Below are positions 1 to 12,533 of a DNA stretch of 64,000 nt, one piece after another (the stretch's first letter is position 1; every line of letters starts with the position of its first letter). Below the pieces are notes generated by a model. That model saw only the letters and a list, made by a program, of their open reading frames with translations, had not been told where the DNA came from and did no database searches. The stretch comes from Macrostomum lignano (taxonomy: Eukaryota): assembly GCA_002269645.1 (NCBI GenBank), contig NIVC01000578.1, positions 76,549-140,548 on the forward strand, given 5' to 3'. The position numbers and the translations under genes are program-made.

Positions 1-526
1 AGCTGAATATAGGAATAATTAGCAAGCTTTTTCTCTGAAAAAACTCTAAGGAGACAAGCTGCAAGTCTCTCAACTCTCGGTGCAAAAACAGTTGCGCCAG
101 CTTGTGAAAACGTCGTGTATTTCTAATTTTTTCGGGTGAAAAAGCAAACAGAGCTTTTGATTGCTCGATCGAAATTTTGAGTGCTGAGGACCCTGAGAAG
201 TGCATTGGGTTAGGGTTTCACGAAACGATTCCAGATCGATAACTAGCAGCTAGTCGTGAGAATAAGAAGTGAAACTTACTCAATGTCATATTTTTCCAGT
301 AAAATCTTTGAGTAAGTATTTCTCCAGACAAAGTCAACTTTGCAAAATGGATGCATGTTAAAACCAGAATCCACTACATGGAAATCTGTTACACTAAGGA
401 TATTTTGCTTTCTAACTCTACGATCTGAGTCGAAGTTTCTACGATTGTGTTTTTCTCGAATTTCAATGTTTGTTCTGAAAACACTCGCTCGCACTGTCGT
501 TGCTTATAAGCCTTGACGCTGCTCAG

Positions 527-3500
527 TTAAGTAGTCGAGGTCTGGTTTTGATTCATTGTGGACCCGTTGCCAGGCAGTGTGTTGTTGAGATCGTCCACCT
601 TTGACGGGCCGTGTTTGATGATGGTGAAGATCTGGAGTGTGAATCATGGCGAATTGCTTGATTTTCGTAAGCCCTCTAAAAGCCCTAGGACAGAGCGGCT
701 TACCTTACTACCGAAGACGATAATAACCACAGTGGTGCAGCAGAGAAAGATGCAGCCATTGATGAGGAGAAAACGCACGTTGACCTCGCTATTCGGCAGC
801 ACGAACGCCATGGTCACGCCAATAGCGCCCATCACCAAGGTGTTGTACACGCAAACGCCAATTTTCTTGGAATCGTTGAGGCTCTCAACGTGCACCATGC
901 GGGTCTCCCAGGCAAAGAATATGCCAAAGATGAGAAGCAGGCCTGCCAATTCAGAATAATGTACTTAAAGGTAACGATTATGCAAAAAAAATTTATTGGC
1001 GTACTCATGTGCACAAGACATTAAAAAGGCTGCAAGTTCGACCAGTTTTCTCACGGTCTCCACCGCACCTGCAAATATATCAATAATTGAGGCTATTGAA
1101 ATCTGTGAGGTTATGTGGACCTTGAGAACCCTATTGAGCCGACAGTAAGCCTGTGGAGTTCACCGAGCATAATCTATCGTTTCTTACTCGACTGAACAAC
1201 ATAAATTTATGACTCAACGAAAACTTGACGCTTGCCTTTGATCCCGAGAAAAATTCCGGTCCACATGACCGAATTGTTGCAGTCACACTCCTGAATTTCC
1301 TGGGATTCGATTGTTCCAGAGCTGAGCCACTCCTGGATGAGCAGGGCGACGGACATTCGATACGAATGGACAGCGGATATTCGATGGAACAGGAAAGTGG
1401 CACAAAATACCTACTCACCACAACGGCTAACTGAGTGATTTTGACTTTGATGGGGTCCTTGACAGCCCAGACTATGAAGACGATGATGTCAGCCAAGACG
1501 ATTGCCAGAACCATGGCCACCAGGTGCATATCCTTGATTGACTGCAATCAAATATTATGATTTGGCATGCGCATTGAGCTAGGAAAACTATTAAGTGTGT
1601 GGTGCTCGGTTATACTGAATGAATCAAAGTTGAGCATGATTGTCCTAAAAAACTCAGCTTACCACTCGGCGCAAATTTTTTGTCGTGAAGATGATGTGCA
1701 CCCGCCAAGTCTTGGACAGCATGGCTCCATAAGCCACCGAGTAGCCAATGCACAGGCAGATCGTCTGCAGCCAGCAGTAGACTGCAGAGTTGCTCCAGTG
1801 TCCGGAGATGGCGCTGAAGATGCTGGACATGTAGCACATGATGCATCCGACAGCCATTAGGTTGTTGATATTCGGCGAGGACATCTTGATGAAGCGAAGA
1901 TGGCGGAAAGCTAAGTTTACGCCAATCGAAGAGATGGTGAGAGCCACGCCGACAGAGCAAAGAAAAATTATGACGATGGCGTTGCTCCTTGGAACCGAGA
2001 TGCGATACGTGACTCTCTTGGGCATGTCGCTGGGTGGCTGACCACCTGTGCATGGTTTTAGCTTAATTAAGTATCCAACAGCAGAGTAAAACGAGTTGCA
2101 TAACTTGAAATTCAGTAAGCCTAGCTTTTTAAAAGCGAGCTTTTTGATACCATGCTCGACAGTTCTTTTTTATGAAAAAAGACTCACCAGCGAACACCAA
2201 ATCCTCGTACCACTCAAGCTTATCCGCGTAGGTGTCAATAAGGGCAACCGGTACGCCCTTAAAGCCTAAAATTTCGGTTATAAAACACTATATTGCAGTT
2301 ATATGGAGCGATGGTGTGAATTAGGCATGTAAAAATCACATCGACTCTCACTTCGAATCTGGTAAGCGATCGCGTTAGCCAGGCGATCTCCATTCTGGTC
2401 CAGCTTTACGCGACCCTGCGAATACGATTTTTAAAATACCAAATCTTCAGCTCAGATCATCAATAATTCTTCAAGTCTTGCACTTTGTCACTTACAGTTA
2501 GTCCATAAAAATCGACAGCTCTGATATTCTTCAACAGTTCAGTTTTGAATGGACTGCTGTCCAGATCCAAAGCCGTTGAGTAGGCGTGCTTCATCAGCGT
2601 TTTGTTAAGCGCAATGGCCGCAACAGTCATTGCGTCCAAACGCGTAGCAAGGCCTCTGATCGAGACCACACTTTCGTTAACCAGGTGGGGGTACCGTCGT
2701 AGGAAGCTGGCGAACAGGCTGTTGATGGGCTGGCGTTTTGGGTTGCAAAGAACGGCTTTCGTATTAGTAAACTGAATTAAAACTGCATTGTAAGTATTTA
2801 AGTATTGATCAGTAAGATCGATTTTCAGTCAGTCGCTATCAGACGCAAACTCACCACCTGGCCGATTCCAGTTTCATTGTCAAAGATATCAAAATGAGAC
2901 CTAAAATAGAGCGAGCCCTCTGCTCCATCGGCTAGCATCTGGCTGCTGCAGGTGTCCTGCAGATTGTGTGAGAAGGTTCGCGTAAATCCCAGTTGGATCC
3001 AGAAGTAGCGAGGTCCAACCGCGTTGTTCATCTTAAGCTGTTTAGAAAAAAAGGAAGAATTTTTTCTGAAATCGCATGTCGATATCTATTCTTACTTGGT
3101 ATGTGCACTATAACGGTGCAACGGCGCTCACCAGACATTCGAACTTTGTCCCAGTTTCGATATTTCCAGCTCGAACGACGATAAAAATTCGAATGTTCAT
3201 GTTCTGGAAGCGTTTGGTCAGTTCAAGATAAAATCTGTTCTACTCGTAGCTAATTAATGCTCTTGAAAGTTTGAAAATTCTTTGCGATACAAAAGCGTAC
3301 CAGCAATTGTTTCAGACTGTCTTCCGGATTATGTTGATAAACAGCTTTGCTCAAAACAGTAATCTTATTCTCAGCTAGCAAAACCTCCAACTGTTGTGTA
3401 ATCTAAAATCGGTTTTGGATGATAGTGAAGTTATATCCATATTTTCCGAAGAAAGAGAAAATGTCATGAAAAAATTTCTGAGAAAAAACGTAGAAGTGAC

Positions 3501-5600
3501 TTGTATAGACCACGAAACTCGAAACTCGAAGCGTCGGACGATCTGGTCAGAGCTCAGTCAGCAAAGTGAGTTCTACCAATGAGACATTGATGGCTAAGAA
3601 CATCGGTCAGGACTGGTGCGTTCTGACTTGGATTGCACCATTGGCGATTAATTTATGCGCCCATATAGAATAAAATACGGGCGTATATGACAGACGGGCT
3701 AAATAGCTAAAAGCAGCTGTTGAGATATCAAGACAAAACATGGAGTCTCAAACAGCAAGCTAAACGATGGAAAAATCGATATACGAACCGCCTTAAAGTT
3801 CGACAAAACACCTCTTCGGTCAATGGAAATCGACATGGGACGGATTCGAGGTGCTCTAAAGATTGGCGGCAATGAAGGATGAGACAGGAATAAGAAGTTT
3901 TGCCTCCACACCCTGCGGTACAGCTTCAGTCTGAAAACATTTAAGCTGGTAGAAAACTTGCCAAGCCTGAAAAAAAGAAGACCCTAGTAAGATTATTGAT
4001 ACCATAAGAATTTCGTCACAGGAGAGATAAAGAGACTTTCAACAGACTCAAATTCTGGTTGAGATGTCAGCGCGCTGATGATGATGATGATTCATGACCG
4101 TCAAGGAGTTGGCGAGCAGGTGCATTACTCTAAATGCTGCATGCAGTGCGGGGAACTTCTGCTGTGCGATAAAACCGTCACTGGATTCCACGACACAAGC
4201 GCCATGGAGAAGCCAAAATTCATTTGCGAATCTGCAGAATTCAGACTATAAGAATTAGGGCTCGGACAATGACTTTGTAGATATCAGGCAGGGTATTGAG
4301 GCACTGGTACCTTGACGTCTGTCGATATCAGCCAGGGTATTGGGGGCACTGGGACCTTGACGACTGTCGATATCAGCCAGGGTATTAGGGCACTGGTACC
4401 TTGACGTCTGTCGATATCAGCCAGGGTATTAGGGCACTGGTACCTTGACGACTGTCGATATCAGCCAGGGTATTGGGGGCACTGGTACCTTGACGTCTGT
4501 CGATATCAGCCAGGGTATTAGGGCACTGGTACCTTGACGTCTGTCGATATCAGCCAGGGTATTAGGGCACTGGTACCTTGACGTCTGTCGATATCAGCCA
4601 GGGTATTGGGGCACTGGTACCTTGACGTCTGTCGATATCAGCCAGAGTATTGGGGCACTGGTACCTTGACGTCTGTCGATATCAGCCAGGGTATTAGGGC
4701 ACTGGTACCTTGACATCTGCAGATATCAGCCTCAGGGTATTGGGGTACTGGGACCTTGACATCTGCAGATATCAGCCTCAGGGTATTGGGGTACTGGTAC
4801 CTTGACATCTGCAGATATCAGCCAGGGTATTGGGGTACTGGGACACTGACGTCTGAGAGTTTTTTTCGAGGCTTTTTAGACTCACCGCGGAAACTCCGTC
4901 ATAGTCGCTAGCGAGAAGGCCCACATTTTTCCAGTTGTATCGCTTCAAAATTTGTATCATACCCACCAGATAAAGGCTGTTAGACGTGGTGGTTCGTGAG
5001 AAGTACGGATAGACGGACTTGTCCGCCAAAGCGGGGGTAGTGGCTGTGGCGCTAATCTGGAATAAGGATAAGCGTATGTGGAATTCTATATTAGAGTCAA
5101 ACTCAAACACGGAAATGAACCTTGGAATGGCCCAAGAATGAAAGAGCATAAAATTGAACGACTAATCATACCTGGGGCAGGTAGTAGTAGCCCCCGGCCA
5201 GCTCGGACAGAACCACCGCCTGGTTTGAGTAGGCAGGCCCGAACAGAAGAGCTTTGTTCGGTTCGTTCACGTAGCCGTCAATGAACTTGCGAAGCGCGCT
5301 CCCCTGCAGCTCCTATGGCAAAGAAAGAAAGGATTTTGACTGCGAACATAATTTCAGGTTGCCAATCTCATCAAAACTCACCTTTTCGGCGCAGAAGAAA
5401 GAGGCATCAATGCGAAACGTATAGTTAAACTCTGGCTGCGCAGTCACATTGTTAATGTAGTCGAGGGCGAAGGAGTAGTATTCGACATCGAACCGGAGTG
5501 TGGCGTTCTTTGAGCAGATAACCAGGGTGTGCACAGTTGTGCGGTTGTCCGATTGAGCTCTTACTGTCGCTATTAACAGCAACAGAAGCAGATATCGCAT
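527..5600 (-). CDS. Class C GPCR, GABA-B-receptor-like (signal peptide + Venus flytrap + 7TM), ~750 aa, 14 exons
   Basis: Frame-consistent exons: 5600-5382, 5312-5172, 5056-4886, 3402-3301, 3203-3132, 3037-2855, 2771-2496, 2415-2352, 2265-2188, 2045-1663, 1541-1419, 1332-1236, 942-704, 631-527 (2253 nt incl. stop). GABA-B-like motifs: FGPAYS, QISATATTPAL..YPYFSRT, GPRYFWI, YGLTGRV...NGDR, GGQPPSD, SPNINN, YGAMLSKTWRVH, IKGLLLIFGIFFAWETR, LNDSK. Acceptor of exon 7 could be slightly further 3'. Confidence 0.85.
4277..4856 (-). repeat. 44-bp minisatellite, family A, in GPCR intron 3
   Basis: ~13 copies of gtcgatatcagccagggtattagggcactggtaccttgacgtct; reverse complement matches the array at 20020-20931. 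Confidence 0.9.
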
Positions 5601-5671
5601 CTTGGCGCAGCTCTTGTAAGTCAGGTATAAGTTCTGTTGTAGGCTTTCTCATCTTGTCACTTCAACTCCCC

Positions 5672-5679
5672 TTTATATA
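5672..5679 (-). promoter_or_regulatory. Candidate TATA box of the GPCR gene
   Basis: TATATAAA on minus strand ~70 nt upstream of the ATG at 5600. Confidence 0.4.
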
Positions 5680-6021
5680 GAAAGTCGAGCCTTCACCGTT
5701 TATCCAACAGCAAAAAAGGGTTTTGCGAAAATTTAGACAATGGCGTGACTAGCATTGCTCTAATTCGATACTTCAGGAAAGACACCTGCCTTTCTGTTCT
5801 CATCCTTCAGCTAACGGCTGATGAGCAAGTCATGCGAAGGGTGTTGAAGCTTTGAGAACCGTTTTTTCAACATAATTTCGAATCAGCGCCGACAATTTAG
5901 AACTCTCGAGCACATTTGGAAAGACAGCTTAAACCAAAAATTATCTGTGTTTTAAAAAATTTTACAGTTGGCGCTGAAGAAGTGCTTTGGTGAGCAGCAC
6001 AGCTTTATCCATTATTTAATC

Positions 6022-6051
6022 TATAACCATAGATACTCATCTATGGTTATA
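6022..6051. repeat. Perfect 13-bp inverted repeat (collapsed MITE-like)
   Basis: tataaccatagat-actc-atctatggttata; near-identical terminus to the element at 41778-41919. Confidence 0.5.
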
Positions 6052-6079
6052 TACCATCAGGGTTCTAACAAGGTTATTG

Positions 6080-9000
6080 GTTTTCGGCTAGAGTTAGAAA
6101 TAGGGATAGAACTAGTGAATGAAGAATGAGTGAATGAGTGAGCTTTTATTCCATGTAGTATCGCTCGATATTATCGCTCGAGCTCATTGCCCATTGCTCA
6201 CGCTCTGTACACGTTGCTGCTCTACCGTAACTTTAAAGTACACTTGCTGGTGTTTTAGCCCTTGGGTTGGGGTGGCTGCTTATTGATCAGCTTATATATA
6301 TTCGTCTCGCCTATTTTCTGCTCTTGACTTTGGTTTTGTCTCGCATAGAGACGCCTAACCGCAGTACCCCTGTGAAACTTGTCTCTGCCTGGCCGAAAGC
6401 TTGTAATGAGTTAGTAGGCTGGGTTGGCGGGTAATAGTGGATCAGGAAGGGCTGTGGGTAGCTGTATAGGAAGGCAGGCCTATACCTGTTCCAGTTGGTG
6501 CTCTGCATGACGGTCTACCTCGGAGTGCCCTCTGAGCGAACAGCCAGCGACCTATTAAAGCTGGAGTGTGCCAGAACCAGGACTGAGTCTGAACAGGACG
6601 AGACCGTTGGCAGGGTCACTATAGAAATGGCGGGTTGGCGAAGCAAAGGGTGAAATAGTCCCGGCGATTAGCCCTCCTGCCGCTTCAAAGATAAGAGACT
6701 GTCTTGGCAAGAGTACCCGGGGGTGGTGGGTGGTCGGCCCCAGCTGGTAGCCACGGCTCTCGGTCTTCGGACCAACCCTAATAGGCTTTGGGGCCAACTA
6801 ACCGGATTTTTTGGGCACGGGCTTCCTGACTGGTACGTCGAACCCTCGCTGTCCCCGGGGAGGTTTAGATAAGCCAATTGGGTTTGGGGTAGGCGTACGC
6901 TCTGAGGGTCGGGGGTAGGGCCCGCTCTCGGCCTGACTGGCGCCGCTTGCCCGGCTCGATGTACAGTCCTCTTAGCTAATTAGGATCTTAGTGTACATTA
7001 GTACACTCCCAACCTGGAACCTATATTTCTCTAGTGGCGTAAGAGCCTTTTTCAATGGCTGAGGCGCCGGTTTACTTATTACTGTACTGTACTTCTGCTC
7101 TTGACTTGCTTCTTTAACGGAAAGAGCTAGGCTAAGTATTGCGGTTAATGATTCGGACTACTAGTTACGGGAATTGGGGGAAACGGAAACCGTAGGGGCG
7201 GGTGTGTATAAAAGCTGGCACTGGCACATTGGACACATTGGACACCCCTTTTTATAACAAAATTAGATATGAAAATGCAGAATAAACTTGCGGAGATACT
7301 TTTAAATAATTTAAAAAATTGATAATAATAGAAATGACATCCTTGCTTTCGTGATAGATGATTTGTTAAATATTCTTTGTATTATCGTTTTTTGTACATG
7401 TTTAATTTGGCATTCGATTTTTTAAAATAATCGCACATGCAAAAACTGCAGCTTGCAATGCATTACACTGTGATTTTACTACCCCGAAGGTTCTGTACTA
7501 CAGGCGTACCGATTTAATGCTAAATATGCCTGATATATGAAATGATCAAACTAATAGTCAGAACTCAATTTTCCATAAAATGATGAAGCATTCTGCTCTT
7601 ATCAAAAAACCACAACTTATTTTGTTAGGATTACTTCATGAAGAACGAACTTTGGATATTCCAAATTGCAAGTATTTCTATATTAAAAAAGTTAATACAT
7701 TGGCAGATTATTTGATGAAAAAATTGCACCCAAAAAGTTTTTTTTACTTTGTAAGATGATGATTAAATTAATAATTTCCAAGCTTCTTCTTTTATTAGTT
7801 CAATTACTTTTTGTATGATTTCAACCAACAAAAAAAGGAATAGCTACTCAGTGAAAGTTCAAATTACAGTCTCTTCTTTATATACAATCCTTTTAAGAAA
7901 ACATTATTATGAATAATTTGCCAAGTCATGATATTTAAGAAATTGTGCTAATCATTTAAATTATGAGTTAAAAATGCAAGCATATAAGTAAAAAATCTAC
8001 CTCACAGACCAAGAAGTCTTTTTACTGAAAGTTTATATGTGACGCTTTGAAAAAACAACATATAAACCATCTTCACATAACATTTATTGTCATTTATTTC
8101 AGACCTAAATCCTTTAGCACATAAATATTCTGCACGTATGTTGCAGGGTATACTTCCTTCTTCTAAAATCCTACAAATGCCACAAAGTTTTAATAGGCAA
8201 ATTTATTCGTATTGTTTATATTAATATTTCTATATTTATGAGAAGTTTTCCAATAAGAACAAGTTCCCAATCAGTAAAACACTATATTTTAATTCTAATG
8301 TCCAAAATTATGGCATTCTAAGGGACCAAGTGATAGGTTTTAAGCTACTATTAGCACCTGCATGATTTATTTATTTAATACCTACACATTCCTTAATGTC
8401 TATAGTTCGTCTAATTGCCTAATTGCTAACCCTAATTCTAGCCTTCTTGGCTTACAAGTTTGAGTCTTCACAGCATATTATTCAATTCAAGCCCTACTAA
8501 TTTTATTAGCCTCTCTTAATTTTATAAAATAATAATTTTCTTTAGTGTAACTGCTCCAAAAATTTCAACTTTAATTTAAGTGGTGTGCCGAAACACCACT
8601 TGCACCATTACAGCCGTCTATAATTTTTTGTGCTAATTGGTTGACCACTTTCAATAATTTTCTTGGGTCAAGAGTGTGATATATGCATATTGCAGCATGA
8701 ATTTTTTAAAGAATCCCTAATTTTATACAAGGAATCATATATATTTATAGAAAGTTAGCTCTTAGAGTAGAGATAAAGTACATAAGACTATTAATAGCAA
8801 CTTTTCATACAATTGCTTATGGTAATGATTTCTATTGTTATAAAGTTACAAATAAATAAAAAGTTACATTGCATTTAAACTGTACTTTATGAGTTGTAAG
8901 CCTTTCAACTCAGAGTGCACTTCAATTGCTTTAATATACATTGCTAGATGTTATTTAGCATTTCTTTGTTATTTATCATTTAACTCATTGCATTGTTTAA

Positions 9001-10047
9001 TTGCTAATTTCATTTGCTCAGCTGCAATATTTATTACTTTTTTATTAATGCCAATGTTTGTAATACTTTTTCTCCCCATTTTTAGTGTTTGTGGTATTCT
9101 TTTGTCAAATTTTAATTTTCCGCTGTATCTATCTTTACAAAAAATTGTACCTGTAAACTTATGGTTTTTTGCTTACAATGGTGCTGTACTAAATTATATT
9201 TATTTCCTTGTTAGATTCTCTAAATTGAAAAAGTAATGCACTGCTTTATTATCATGCATATTGAATATTAAGGATAGTTAGTATTCCTTCCTTGAAAAAG
9301 ATTCTAGAGTTGGATTCTATTTGATAAGAGAATAAATAATTTATTGAGTTTAAATGTTTTTAAAACATTAATTAATTGCATTTTGATGGAAATCACAACT
9401 TAAAAAAATTATTCGTTTTTTTATTTAAGACACGGGGGATTTTAAAAATCCATATTAACAGCAAATCAAACATTATGGGAGAGAGAGAGAGAAGGATTAG
9501 ATTCACTTTCACCATTGCTGTTGATTTATGGAAAGGCAGTAAACAAGCCAGAGCAGCTGCAAATAGTCAAATATGCCATGTCCGGCAATAAAATTCTGCA
9601 ACTAGTCTGCTGCTCACTTTTTCCAACGTTTATTGAGGACAAGAAACGGCATTTAATGTTTCTATGTTTTCTGTAAGTGCACCAACTAGGTAAATGAAAA
9701 TGACGTACCGAAAGTAGTTCGACAATAAAGCAAGTTAAGAAATGAATTTAAATGTAGAATAAAACTTGTTGATACTACCAATCTCATGGTTGTTAGAAGT
9801 ATATGAAAAAGTGCAATTATAAATAAATATTTACATTTTTATTCGAAAGCCAAAGTATATTTATTCAAGCAAAACAACGATCAAAACTCGATTTTTGTTA
9901 ACATAAGGGGTGTCCAATGTGCCAATGGTGCCCTGCTTTTATACAGACCCCCGTAGGGGCAAACTTAGGGCGGCCCACTGGACTAGCCACACAACGCGAT
10001 CCCGCGCGGTCGTTTCGAAGCCACAGTCCCGTCAGCAGACTGACACA
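6080..10047 (-). mobile_element. Possible LTR-like remnant (~1.2 kb without the nested TIR element)
   Basis: Minus strand starts TGTG at 10047, has TATATAAG near 6291-6300 and AATAAA at 6145-6150. Sequence of similar GC character flanks both sides of 7200-9950. No TSD or coding region found; left boundary uncertain. Confidence 0.3.
7200..9950. mobile_element. Non-autonomous TIR DNA transposon with 10-bp TSD (MULE-like)
   Basis: Imperfect ~50-bp TIRs (gggtgtgtataaaagc...ttggacacccctt / aaggggtgtccaa...gcttttatacagaccc). TSD ccgtaggggc at 7190-7199 and 9951-9960. AT-rich interior without an intact ORF. Superfamily inferred only from TSD length and G-start. Confidence 0.75.
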
Positions 10048-10112
10048 TATGTAAACTAATGAAAATGCAATACTCTTAATAGCTTCTGCAAGGACCGCTG
10101 TAGCATAATATA

Positions 10113-10302
10113 CAGCAGCGTAAAAATCAAAGATCGTGTAATTTTTTTAGGTTAATTTCCTGGAAATATACCAACCTACACTATTGAGATAGGAAAAAAT
10201 CTTTTTTTCATCACAAAATCTATAATTGCATTTGATCTGAAGCAGTGAAGATTAGGCCTACCATTTTTTTAAATTTAGCTTGTACAGCATGTTACTCTGC
10301 TG
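10113..10302. mobile_element. Tc1/mariner-type MITE
   Basis: TA|cagcagcgtaa ... ttactctgctg|TA, 190 bp. Confidence 0.45.
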
Positions 10303-11356
10303 TATTTTTTGCAGTGAAAGTTTCACCACATTGACACATTGTTTATTTTATTTTATAAGCCCAAGGCCAAGGCAAACTCTCAGTCTTCTTAAATCTCAAG
10401 TGGCATTAGCTGAAATTTTTGCTTTGTTCTTTCTTGAATAAAGCATATTTGTGCCACAGAAGATGCCAGACCTAATCATTGAATGTTAATTTAGACATAG
10501 GCATTATCATAGGGGGTTATCTCTTATAATATAATTATTAAAAAAGCAAAAACTAGGCTATCATTGTCTGGCAAGTGGCAATCAAAGCCAAAGGGCATGC
10601 TTGGAGGGCCTCAACTGAAAAAAATTGATGATATGATAAACTAAAAATTAATTAATTAGAACTTAAAACTAAAAGTTCTAATTAGGGTTTTAAAAAGACA
10701 GCTATATATTTATAATCTTAACTAGGCCCTAGGCCCTTAGTTTTTTTAAATTGCTTGTCTTTATCCTATATTTGTTTAAGTTAGCATAATTAACCATAAC
10801 TAGGCCAGCAACTAGACAATAGTTTTATCTAGAATGCATATTTGTTGGCCAATATATAATAATAAGAAAAAGATATATTTTTTGTTGGCTTATTATTTTA
10901 TTTAATTAGGCCTAATTAATATAGGGTATAGGGCCTAGGGCCTAATGCATATTTTTTATATTGCTTGCTATTCAATCAATAAAATAAGTTATATATTTTT
11001 TGTTTCAATTTTCCATGTTTTTGTTTTATTCGTTTTATTACTTTATATTACACATATATAATTACATTTATGCCTAATACCTGACCAAGGTAAGTTGCAA
11101 AAATTTAAAAAATTAAAAATTTACAAAATAGTAAATGTTAAGAAGTGGAAAAGAAAAAGGGCAGAAAAGGAAAGAAAAAAATGAAGAAAAATATAGGGAA
11201 AGAAGCAAAAACATACCATGTTATAGCTAAAGCCAGAGGCAACTAAATTGCATTTTTTGGCAAAACTAAGTTGCATTAACTAGGTAAATTTTGAAGTTTG
11301 GCATGCTTGTCTTTTTACATTGTCATTGTTTGTTCTTGGTTAATTTTTGTGATATA

Positions 11357-11428
11357 CTTACATTGACAACTAGCGGAATGGGCGACCCTCGCCTCCCCGC
11401 TGTGTCTACGGACCACCCTTACATTGAC
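11357..11428. other. 50-bp GC-rich insertion between 11-bp direct repeats
   Basis: cttacattgac at 11357-11367 and 11418-11428. Minus strand of insert has hairpin GGCGA-ggg-TCGCC followed by CTAG. Confidence 0.5.
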
Positions 11429-11674
11429 GACACCTTAAGTAATATATTATTCATATATAGTATAGGGTAGAGCCTAGATTTAACTCAAACAGGGCATAAT
11501 ATTATCAAGTATTTTTGGTAACTTGTCATATATCTACTTGTTTTTTAGCAAAATATTATATAATGAAGTAGGCCTATATATAGGAAGATAAATTATTAGG
11601 ATTAAGATATTAATAATAATTAACAATACAAAACTCTTATATGTAAATAAATTCCTAGACAATTATACTATATA

Positions 11675-12519
11675 TTTGAGTGAGCCAAAAGTTTCTAAAA
11701 TCTTTTTGAATCCAACCTCAGTTAACTTTTGTATATGGAAAAGCTTAAAAGCAGCAACCATCTACTATGTTGTTAAATAGCCTAATCATCATTCTTTAGC
11801 TTAGCATTGCTCAGTTTCACTTGACTTAGCTGCAAGGAGGCTCCGTGCATCCAGAAACAGTGAGGAGGCATTGCCGCCCATTTTGCTAACCCCTGGCGAC
11901 CACGGGTAGCTAGTGCTATGGTGTCGTGCAGGGAGTTCCAGTGGCGCTGGCATCCGCAGCATGGTCCCCCTCCGGAGAGTCCAGGAGGTGGATTGTCACT
12001 CGCCCGGTAGCTGTCTGGCCCTATTTTCTGGGAGGTCATCCCACATGGCATGGCTGTAAACACAGAGGTCATCTGCAGCAAACTGGAGTAGGTTGCCCAT
12101 TTGCTGCAATCCGTGTACCTGGGGCTCTGTGACAAGGTGCTTCTGTTTGACAATGCACAACCTCACAAAGCAAGACTCACCTAAGCCAAGCTGGCAAGCA
12201 TGGGCTTCAGTGTTTTATCCCATCTACTATACTTGCTAGACCTCTTGCCATGTGACTACCACGTGTTTAGGTCCCTCTAGAGCTTTTGCAATAGACAGTG
12301 GTTCACCAGCAAGCAACATGTAGAGCAGGCAATGTAGAAATGGATAGATTCAAGGCTTGCAAGCTTCTAGAGGGAGGGGATTGAGGCATTGCCAGCAAGA
12401 TGGGAAAGGGCCAGGGCCTTGAATGGCAACTACATCACATCACTGTAAACTGTTTTTTCTTGAGACTATTTGTTACAGTTTTCAAATGTTTAAATCCTAG
12501 AAACTTTTGGCTCACCTAA
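11675..12519 (+). mobile_element. Internally deleted, heavily mutated mariner
   Basis: TA-flanked TIRs (gtgagccaaaagtttcta / tagaaacttttggctcac). Relic frame IFWEVIPHG...VLLFDNAQPH...HLLYLLDLLPCDYHVFRSL*...LPARWER...GNYI with several stops. Confidence 0.8.
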
Positions 12520-12533
12520 TATAATATGTAGTA

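Noticed and set aside
950-1020. Apparent frameshift or pseudogenisation of the GPCR before TM5
   Set aside because: Region is intronic once the GC donor at 1235 is used.
8580-8625. GCNGASG resembling the Transib/RAG1 GxDGxSG motif (minus strand)
   Set aside because: Short, flanked by stops, and incompatible with the GGG termini and 10-bp TSD.
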